Source: Sphyrna mokarran (lineage: Eukaryota). From it: a stretch of 64,000 bases of DNA. The notes beneath the pieces were generated by a model, which was not told where the DNA came from, ran no database searches, and saw only the letters and a list, made by a program, of their open reading frames with translations. The stretch is from assembly GCA_024679065.1 (NCBI GenBank), contig JAGIQG010000011.1, positions 39,618,001-39,682,000 of the forward strand. The letters are read 5' to 3'. Position 1 is the stretch's first letter, and each line of letters opens with the position of its first letter. Below are positions 1 to 9,949 of the stretch, piece by piece. A program made the translations under genes and the position numbers.

Positions 1-169
1 CCAACCTGGAAGCACTTTTGACCCTGAGCTTTTTATAACTCACATTGATCATTACCCAATGGAGGCCATAAGCCAATCTTTCCATCTCAAATTGATCTTG
101 CGTGTCCAGCCCTGCCAGTTGGGTTGTCTACTCCTTGAAGTTGGTCAATTAATTTCTGGCTGACCCAGA

Positions 170-285
170 TGGAAAAGTTCCACTCTGTTTCTCTCTCCAC
201 ATGTGTTGCCAGATCTGCTGAGTTTTTCCTGTATTTTGTTTTATTTCAGATTTCTAACACCCACTGTATTTTGCTTTTATTTTAT
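170..285 (+). repeat. Degenerate chondrichthyan interspersed repeat (Penelope-associated terminal-type fragment)
   Basis: ctctgtttctctctccac...tgccagatctgctgagt...ttatttcagattt...gtattttgctttt motif, which I recognise as common in shark genomes. Confidence 0.4.
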
Positions 286-464
286 ATTAATTACTGGCCT
301 ACATAATTTGCCTGTAGCTATTAAAAATCTGTGTGTAGCAGTAAGAAAATAATTATTAATTAGTTAGGAACAGTGCCTGAAGCCATAAAAATATAAACAA
401 TTCCTTTTCTGAAGGAATTGAATTGAAAAACAGATTATGTTGAACTTGCATTGAACTTTGCTCA

Positions 465-960
465 AATACCCATGGAGTACTGTGCACAGTTCTAGTCTCC
501 AAATTGCTAAAGAATGCAAAATGAAAATAAAATACCAAGCCTGGTACCAGAACTGAGAGGTCATATATATCAAGAAAAACTGAACAGGTCAGACTCTTTT
601 CCCCAGAAAACAGGAAGTCGAGTGATGACCTGATGGAGGATTTTATAATTACGAAGGGAATTTGATGGGGTAAATAAAGTGCAACATTTTTCGCTTATGG
701 GAGAGTCAGAAACCAAAGGATACAAATAAGACATAGTCATTAATAAATCCAATGGGGAATTTAGGAGAAATGTCTTTATTCAGAGAATGATTAGAATGTG
801 GAATTTGCCACTACATGGCGTAGATCAATAGCATAAGATATTGAAAAGGACAGCAAGTTAAGTATCTGAAAAAGAAAGATACAGAAATTTATGCAGGTGG
901 AATTAAATGAAATAGAGTGGGAAGTGGCTGAGACATAAATAGCAGCTAAATGGCTTGTTT
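465..960 (+). mobile_element. Degenerate CR1-type LINE 3' fragment
   Basis: Decayed EYCAQFWSP...RGDL...FFTQR..WN-like sequence with stops and frameshifts. Confidence 0.65.
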
Positions 961-1085
961 CACTATTGTTGTTTTGTTACATGAAAATTGCTTTTATCAT
1001 TATCAAAAATTGTAGGTTCTTGTTTTGCTCTTCAAGAAATAAATCTTTAATGTGGCTTACAACAGTTTTAATAATGTCTTTAAAG

Positions 1086-1169
1086 TGCCTGAGATTGCCA
1101 AGAAACTTATGCCTGAAAAAGCTACTCCAATCATACTTACAGAAAGCAAGGAAATAGCTTCAGTAAAAG
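1086..1169 (+). CDS. ttn: titin PEVK exon (84 nt, PPAK-type, VPEIAKKLMPEK...)
   Basis: aag|TGCCT...AAAG|gtacag, phase 1-1, 28 codons. Confidence 0.85.
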
Positions 1170-1494
1170 GTACAGAAGTGAGAGTACTTTCATCTATATG
1201 GTTTTTTCACGTATGTTACTAATGGTAACTTTAATGTTCCATGGGCTTTGTCCAATAACAAATAATATCGTCTCTATTTTTTGTTTTTTCATTGTTTTAT
1301 ATGATTGTTCTGGTGATACCTTGTGTGGTTTTATCTTTACATTCTGATTTTTGTACCAGTCTTTGTAGTAGTGTTTTTGTATTTTATGTTGTGATATTTG
1401 TGTCATCTTATTCATCTTATTCTACACTCTTTTTAAACTTATAAGTTTTTGACCTTTATCTAAAATTCTAAAACTTTTTCTTCAACCTCTGAAG

Positions 1495-1956
1495 CTTTCA
1501 AGAAGATTTTACCTGAAGAGACTATTGAAGTTGACAAGACTGTTCCATATGAGAAAATTATTGAGCATGATGAGATGATCTTACCTGAAGAAACAATTCA
1601 AACTGATGAGACAATTTTACTTGAGGAAATTGAGCATGATGAGACATTCTATGAGGAAAGTGCTGAGTACGATGAGATGATATCTGAAGAAATTGTGCAG
1701 GATGCTGATAGAATTTTACCTGAGGAAATTGTTGAGGCAGATGAAGAAATTTTAGATAAAGAAATAGTTGAACCTGATGAGGTGACTTCATATGAACAAA
1801 GTGTTGAGTTCTATGATATGGGTTTACCTGAGGACACTGCTCAGCTTGAGAAGATTATTTTACCCAAGAAAATTATTGAGGCTGGTAAGAAGACTTTACA
1901 TGAAGAAATTGTTGAAGCAACACTTCCAGAAAAAGAGAAATTTATTTCAGAGAAAG
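1495..1956 (+). CDS. ttn: titin PEVK E-rich exon (462 nt, 11-12-aa repeats)
   Basis: gaag|CTTTC...AAAG|gtatag, open frame, phase 1-1. Confidence 0.85.
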
Positions 1957-2671
1957 GTATAGAACTACTTATTAGAGGATTATATTTTAAATCAGCTGCA
2001 ACATCTCATAACCAATGGAAATGTCTGTGATTTTTTTTTAAATTTTATTTATATTCTCTGCGGGCCCTCTATTCACTCACAGTACTGCTGTCTTCAATGT
2101 TGATACCTATATTTAGATGTTCTCTAGTTACACTGGCTCTATTATTCCCTGTCTTTTGTTTTTAATACCATATTGTAATAGTTATTGAGTAGTGAAAGAG
2201 TTTGTGAGTTCAGTCATTTTTACAAATTCCCCAACAAATCTAAACTTTGCCTAACTAGCTAATTAAAAATTCACATAAACAGTTTAATATTTGCCAGATG
2301 GAGCAAACAGTCTTTTCCACTAGGGACATCCTCCCATTATCTGAGCTTGGAGAATTTAAACCCTGACTTATAAGAACCAAAATTGGAGGCTAATCAACTG
2401 AAACTGTGTGGTATAACATAAAGAAGTATTAGGAATCATCTGCCCTCTCTGAGATCATTTCACATGGTACATATTGACTTTCTGAGTACAAATGAAAAAA
2501 TTCCATGGAGTAACTAACACTCAAAGGTTATTTGTTAAACATTTTTTGAATAAAGTTAAAGAAATATGTCTACTGTTTCTTAAGTATCTCATACATTCAG
2601 TTGTCTGTTTTTAATAATATTAGAAATTTTGTATACACTCTCTAAATATTTAAACAAAATATTTTTTGAAG

Positions 2672-2755
2672 TGACTCCAATTACTGAGAAGATTGAACCT
2701 AAAGGTGATGTTCTAATCACTGCTCCAGTGAAACAAGATTTGGAACCAGCAGAAG
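2672..2755 (+). CDS. ttn: titin PEVK exon (84 nt)
   Basis: gaag|TGACT...GAAG|gtatac, phase 1-1. Confidence 0.85.
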
Positions 2756-3463
2756 GTATACAAATCAATGTCACTCATTGGCTTGTGTCATTGGTCAAAA
2801 TCCATGAAACTTTCAACATTTCAATGTTTTTCACTTCCATTACATCTTTTCATCTGCATTTCATCTTTCTTGTTGTTCATTATTTCATTGCTTAATTGTC
2901 TATGCTTGCTTTCAACTGTTCCTCATTTTAATTTTGTCACTCAGGGCTTGTTCTTACAGTCTAATTAGTAAAGGAGCATTTGTAGTGAAAGAAAAATTTC
3001 CTGGCCACATACAAAATATAACTATGAAAAATGAAGTTCAAACCCCCAACCTATCCAATTACTTATTTTGGTTTGTTTGTCATGAACAATAGTTAGCATG
3101 TTACGCAATTTTAATGTGAGTAATATTTCCTCCACGACAGCAAAGAATAAATAAGAATTATAACTGTCCAAGGACTCTATCAAGACTATTGCACAATTGA
3201 CCAATTATGTGGCATGCTTAAACCCGAAGGAAAAGTATACTTCCCACATTTTTCATCCCTCTGACCTGGATAAACTGGCAAAATTCAGCATCAAGTGGAA
3301 AGTTGGGATACAAATGCTTGTCAAAATTAGGCTGATGCTGAACTCTAATAGTTTGATGCACTCTAGCTGTTGAACCAGGGAATAATTTGGAATAATATTC
3401 CATGTAATTTATTTTTCAAGAGTTGACTTTAATGGTAATAAAATCTTTGAATTGTTTTTAAAG

Positions 3464-3538
3464 TGCCTGAAACTGAAGAGGTACCTGCTACAACACTTCC
3501 TATTTCTGCTCCAGGACCAGTCAAGAAACCCCTTAAAG
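3464..3538 (+). CDS. ttn: titin PEVK exon (75 nt, VPETEEVPATTLPISAPGPVKKPLK)
   Basis: aaag|TGCCT...AAAG|gtacaa, phase 1-1. Confidence 0.85.
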
Positions 3539-3961
3539 GTACAATTTATTAAAAGCTTGAACCTTAATTTACAATGACAAATTTTAAAATATCTAACTAC
3601 ATTATATGTTGATATACAATTTAGTATTTTTTCCTGAATGTTAAATGGTAAATTTATACAGAATTTAATTGCACAGATTTCTAAATGTTGTGTATTGGTT
3701 GTATCAAATTGTCTTCAGTCTATTTAAAAAGTTACAATTCATGTATCTTGTCTCTTGTGATCCCTTCTGTTAATGTGTTTATTTGGAAATTTTGCTGTCT
3801 ATGGGTATGTTTTACAGTGTGTTTAATTTGGTGAACTCACCAATATAGTTTGGAGATGATGACATTGTTTGGTTTTGTTTAAATGGTAGACTGTTCTTTA
3901 ACGGAATTGCAAAAAAAGTCCTTTTTGCTGTGTCACTAAATTATATATGAAACCTTTATAG

Positions 3962-6487
3962 CTGCAGAACAGTTCAAGCCATCTTTGAAACTAAAACCTA
4001 CAGTCAAAGTTCCAAAGGAAGTAGAAGATATAGAAATTTCAGTACAGAAGAAAATTAGTAAGCTTCCCAAGGAAGAGAAAGATGAAGATGAGGGGATTAT
4101 ATTAAAAAAGGTGGATAGCTCTCCTAAAGAAGAAGACAAGTACATAGGGGTAGAACTTAGGAAACCGATTAAAGGTCCTGAGGAAGTGGAAGATGAAGAA
4201 CATGTATCAAGAAAGAAACCAGATGTAATCTTAAAAGAGAAAGAAACAGAAAGAGAAATAATATTGCAGTTGGTTGATGAGATTCCTAAAATAGACAAAG
4301 ATAATGGAAAAGGTGTATCAATAAAGAAATTAGATAAAATTTCTATTGAACAAGATGATGCATACAAAATGTTACCAAGAAAAGTTACCACAGTACAATC
4401 CAAAGAAATGGAAGAGGAGCTGGGTACACCGCTTAAGAAACCTGATAAGATCACTAAACAAAAGGAAGAAGCGGAAAAGATATCACTAAAAAAGCATGAC
4501 GCAGTCCCTAAAAAAGAAACATTAAAAGAAAAACGCATAATATCAAAGAAACTACCCAGTGATGAAGAAGATAGAAAAAAGCAAATAATATTGGAAACAG
4601 TTGGTGAAGTGCCTAAAATTGAAAAAGGTATAGAAAAGACTGTACATTTAACCAGAACAGAACTAGTTCCTATGAAGGTAGAAGACAGAGAAAAAATATC
4701 TGTGAAGCGTATCCTAGATGCTGATACAGAGAAGGATAAGGAGAAAATAATCCCATTGAAGGAATCTAGTCAAATCCCTATAGAACAGAAAGATGAAGGA
4801 AAACATTTGGCACTGAGAAAAGATAGGACATCGCCTCAGCTTGAGAGGGAAAAGGAGCACCCTAGTCTCAAGAAAGTTGACCTTCCTAAAATTATTCATG
4901 AAAAGAACAGGGTTGTACCATCTCTTGAAGAAGAGGCACCCAAAAGTATAGAAATTTATCCAGTCGATAGGATACCCAGGAAGACTACTCCTGAAGAGCC
5001 TGCATCAAAATTGGTACGAGAGGTTACTGCAGAAGAGGCTGCCGATATTACCAAGACAGTGTATGAAAAGAAAATGGTACTCTCCAAAGAAAAACCTCAT
5101 GAACCACCTTTAAAGATTGGAAAAGGGAAAGTTCTGGTTTCAAAAGAAGAACAGGAAACAGCTTTACTGAAAAAAATTCCCTCAAAAGGAAGTGCATTTG
5201 ATGCAAAAGAACCACAAAAGATTCACAAACTACCTGAAAAGGAAGTGGCAGCTTATAAAGAGAAAACACAAATTATCCCTACTAAAATGGATAAAGGGAA
5301 AGTATCTGACGAACAGGAACCAGAGCAGTTAGAAAAATTCCCCTCTAAAGAAATTCTGTTTGAAGATAAGGAATCACAGAAAATACAGAAAGTTCCTGAA
5401 AAGACATCAGTGGTCCCTACAGCGAAAGTTGATGAAACACATTTTAAAATTGCAAAAGGAAAAATTCCTGTTTTGGAAGGACAGAAAGATCACATAGAGC
5501 TGAAGAAAGTTCCTTCAAAGGAAATTGTAATAGAAGAAAAGCCACAGAAAGTACCAGTAAAGAAAGTCCTGACACCCAGGGATGTACCTGATATTGCACA
5601 TCCTAAGATTGGGAAGGGAAAAGTACCAGTGTCAGAAGAAAAAGATCAAGCACAGGTGAAGAAGATTCCTTCAAAAGAAGCTGTGGTGGAAGAAAAGCCA
5701 CAGAAAATACCAATAAAGAAAATACTGACACCCAGGGATATACCTGATACTGCACATCTTAAAATTGGGAAGGGAAAAGTACCAGTATCAGAAGAAGAAA
5801 AAGATCAAGCACAGATAAAGAAGATTCCTTCAAAAGAACCTGCAGTGGAAGAAAAGCTACAGAAAATACCAATAAAGAAAGTCCTGACACCTGATGCTGC
5901 ACATTTTAAAATTGGAAAAGGAAAAGTGCCAGTGTCAGAAGAAGAAAAAGATCACATACAACTGAAAAAGATTCCTTCAAAAGAACTTCCGGTGGAAGAA
6001 AAGCCACAGAAAGTACCAGTAAAGAAAGTACTGACACCCAGGGATATACCTGATACTGCACTTCCTAAAATTGGAAGGGGGAAAGTACCAGTGTCAGAAG
6101 AAGAAAAAGATCAAATGCAGCTAAAAAAGATTCCTTCAAAAGAACTTGTGATGGAAGAAAAGCCACAGAAAATACCAGTAAAGAAAGTACAGACCCCTAG
6201 AGAAGTGGCACACCTTAAAGCAGGCAAAGGGATTCCATCAGTTGTTGAAAAAGAATTGGAACTAACACAAATTAAAAAAGTTCCCTCTGAAAATATCTCA
6301 ACAGAAGATGACTATGAAGTAGAATCAGAAGAAATGTCAATAGAAGAATTACGGGACAAAGGAGACTGGGAATGGGAATTAACTGAAGAGGATGAGGAAT
6401 ATGGCTCATCTGTTGACTGGGAACATGAAGATGATGAAGAGTTAGAGGGTGCAGTTGAGACTCCTTCAAAGCCTTACAAACAACGAG
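3962..6487 (+). CDS. ttn: titin giant PEVK exon (2526 nt, 842 codons)
   Basis: tag|CTGCA...CGAG|gtgaga, phase 1-1, P/E/V/K-rich uninterrupted ORF; alternative in-frame acceptor at 3968. Confidence 0.9.
5107..6290 (+). repeat. Coding tandem repeat, about 8 units of ~49-57 aa (KIGKGKVPVSEEEKD...KKIPSKE...EEKPQK...KKVLTP)
   Basis: Visible in both protein and DNA; best-conserved units lie at ~5440-6210. Confidence 0.9.
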
Positions 6488-7129
6488 GTGAGATGGCTGC
6501 TGCACATCTACCAAACTGATTGTTCATATCTTGTGCTTTGGAAAATAGATCAGTGTTCTTTGTTTTTGTTTGTGTTCATCTTTTGTCAAACATCTTTGTT
6601 TGTCCTCGCAATGCAGCTTGTGTTTATGTGCATGATGTATCATGATTGTCAAAAGTCTTTCAAAAGGTTGTTAAAATTCATGTCTGTTTCTTGAGTTGGT
6701 CCATGTGGTCCTATGCTTCCCAAAGAAAAATTGTCTTAATTTGCTTTGTCGTTTGCTATTAACAGAGCTACGGGTGAATTAAAATCATTTTTCATTTACA
6801 TCATTGAAGGCACAGGCTTCAGCAGACCTTTCAAATTGTCTGGTTTCACATTTTTCATTCAAAACTAATTATGTCTTTTTCTTCATTCTACATCTCCGCA
6901 TGAGTAAACCTTTGTTTAGTGTATCAAACAAGTGGTAGTGCCATTTTTGATTTTTCTTTTGTCTGTATTATAGATAATCAATATATAAATATATTTTTCC
7001 ATCTAAATACAATACACTTTCTGAGCCTCATTGTTTCCATCCTAAGGTTATAACAGAAGCATTTTAACATATAATAATTTGGAAGGATAGTCTTGACATG
7101 CCGATAATTATGTTACTATCTCACTACAG

Positions 7130-7180
7130 ATGCTAAGGTACCAGCAGATGAAGCCGGCAGGGGTAGAGGCTTCCTCAGAG
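7130..7180 (+). CDS. ttn: titin PEVK exon (51 nt, AKVPADEAGRGRGFLR), apparent orthologue of human exon 224
   Basis: cag|ATGCT...AGAG|gtgaga, phase 1-1; resembles human AKAPKEEAAKPKGPIK. Confidence 0.85.
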
Positions 7181-8183
7181 GTGAGAGGGGATATCAAGCA
7201 CTTAGTCACAACTAAGGATCCATGCATGATTGTACACATATATTTGTTTCACAAGCACTACCAAACATTAAGTTGCAAACACATGCAATAATATTCCAAC
7301 ATAACATGCCAATTTAAGATAAATCATTGAATTATATTGCCATTTTTCAGAACTTCATTTAAATTTAATTCATGTATTAGTAAAAAAATCCATTAATTGT
7401 TATGATACATTTCAATTATTTTAGAATTTATTTTGTCATATCAATTTGCATGCTCTTCCAATTACAAAAATGATTGTGGCTCTGTAGACTCGATAGCAGA
7501 CCCTAGATTAATATTGCATTGCTTACTTTTGCATGAACTGTCCTCTCTTTACACGCTTGCAGCTCCAAAGAATAATAGTTGAAGTTTAAATATACTATTT
7601 ACCAAGCATGAGTAATCAGTTTGTATACTGCTCCTGATTATTGGCCAGAACTGATGTTAGTGGAGGAGAACTTAGCATGAAAGCTAAATGAAGAAACATA
7701 CACAATGTTTCAGTGTCCTGATTGCCTTACTAGAATCTAAAATTTTAATGCATGCATTTCATTTTCTATTTGCGTGAAACTTGTGTTTCTGGCTGTATTG
7801 AGTAGTTCCTACTTGAATAAAATTGTGCTGCCTGAAGACTGATTACGAATCATTGGTGCTCCTTGTCAAATAGCAAATATACCAGTGCTGAAATTATAGT
7901 GGCTGTATATTATGCAAATCTTACAACCTGAAAGCATGATGAAATGTGTAGACTTTGAAGGATGAGCTTCAATGCACCAATTTACCTCAGAAAACCAAAT
8001 TTACAGAGTTTGATCTCTTAGTCAGTCAGTCACATTGCTCTGCTTGCATCACTGTCTTTTCTTTTCCAACTGAAAATGGCACGTGGCATCTAAATGTCTG
8101 GTTTGCACCAAACCATCTTCAGAAGCATGCAAAAAAAGCAACAAATAAAACTGAATATATTTATGTTCAACTCTAAATTTTAG

Positions 8184-8579
8184 CGAAAAAGACACCATCT
8201 CCTGGAGAGGGAGACAAGAAGCCACTTAAACCAGGTGGAGGAAGGCCACCCTCAGAGGAGCCACCTTTTGCAGGATTCCAGCTAAAAGCAGTCCCACTGA
8301 AATTTGTCAAAGAGTTAAAAGATGTTGTGCTGGAGGAAGCTGAGTCTATAGGATCTTCTGCCGTCTTTGAATGCCAGATCTCCCCATCTACAGCATTAAC
8401 ATCGTGGATGAAGGATGGAAGCACCGTGAGAGAAAGTCCTAAATACAAATTTACCTCCGATGGCAAAGATAGAAAATTACAGATTATTGACGTGCAGCTT
8501 TCAGATACTGGTGAATATTGCTGTGTAGGTCGCCTCGGCAAACAAGAAAAGACATCCACAGCAAAACTAATTGTTGAAG
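8184..8579 (+). CDS. ttn: titin PEVK C-terminus + Ig I84
   Basis: KKTPSP...QLKAVPLKFVK...AKLIVE; AG/GT. Confidence 0.96.
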
Positions 8580-8876
8580 GTACTGAGCATTGCAGTATGA
8601 GATATTTCACAGCATAAATCATGAGCAAGACTATGCATTCTATTAAAATTGTGCAACTTTGGAATCCTGCTGAATAGTTACTTTCAGTCTAATTACTAAG
8701 GTCAAATGGTCATACTGACTGTCACCATGTTATTTCACAAATTTCATCAATTCAGTACAATCCAAGTACTAGATTTGGATTTTTTAGATGCTTGAAAAGC
8801 TTTTGCACTTTTGTATAAAATGAATATTTGTTTTTTTTAATCGAAAATTAATTGATATTTTCCCAAAACATTTTAG

Positions 8877-9146
8877 AATTGCCGGTGGCATTCTTTAAAA
8901 CATTGGATGAGGAAGTAACTGTCTTCAAAGGACAGCCCCTGTATTTGACCTGTGAGCTGACCAAAGAAAAACCAGTGATTTGGAAGAAGGATGGTGAACC
9001 TCTTGAACCCACAACTGACAGATACACAATTAGTGTCATTGGGCTGCAGCATTCGATTACCATTCCAAGTTCAGATTTTGTGGATGCTGGAGTGTATTCT
9101 GTTGAGACTGCTAACATAAGATGTGAGGGAAAAGTTAATGTACAAG
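8877..9146 (+). CDS. ttn: titin Ig I85 exon
   Basis: LPVAFFKTLDEEV...; AG/GT, 270 nt. Confidence 0.95.
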
Positions 9147-9233
9147 GTTAGTATGTACATCTTAATAAATTTGAAGCAGCAGTAAAGGAATTTGAGGAAT
9201 TGGTATTAGCTTACATATTTTTGTCCATTGTAG

Positions 9234-9509
9234 AGATTGTGAGGAAGTGGTTTGCTAAACCTGTTCGGGACCAGCGGGTCAAACAGAAAGAAAATGCTGT
9301 TTTTCAATGTGAAATTGCAAAAGATACACCAAATATTAAGTGGTTCAAAGGGGAAGAGGAAATTCCAATGGAACCAAATGAAAAAACTGAAATTAAGAAA
9401 GTTGGGAAAATTCTTACTCTCACTGTGAAAAATGCAACACCTGAAGATATGGCTGAATACACAGTGGAGGTGGAAGGACAAGCTTCTACAGCCAATCTGT
9501 TTGTTGATG
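9234..9509 (+). CDS. ttn: titin Ig I86 exon
   Basis: IVRKWFAKPVRDQ...; AG/GT, 276 nt. Confidence 0.95.
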
Positions 9510-9949
9510 GTAGGTATTCTATTACTTGGAGAAATGTGCACTCCTTTGCCCTACCAGCAGTGATGATCAGTATTAGCAATAATTTTAGGTGGGGTACACA
9601 CCACTTGTTCATATGTTTAATTTCTATTGTCATAATGTTTAATCATCATTGTAAATTTCTGTCAGGATTTTCTGTTCTTTTCCTAAATGGACTAAAGGAA
9701 TGTAGCAGCAGGCATTAGTCACAAGGGGCCTTTTGAGTTAATCCTGAACTTCATAGGTACTGACTTGTAGGCAACGCTACAGTCAAGTTACTAGTTTAAT
9801 AAAATGTTTCCTATGTTGCTTATCATCATGAAATAGAAATCTCTAATTGATGATTTTTTGACATTCCAATTCTAAAATTAAATAATTTTACAACCAATGG
9901 AAAATTTCAATCTTTACCTGCACAATTAAATCGATTTTTATCTATCCTA

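Noticed and set aside
150-200. Possible hammerhead ribozyme of Penelope-associated repeats
   Set aside because: The catalytic CTGA.GA/GAAA core is not intact in this copy.
3936-4538. 200-aa minus-strand Ser/Phe/Leu-rich ORF, and many other minus-strand ORFs overlying exons
   Set aside because: Antisense shadows of biased titin codons, with no independent gene signals.
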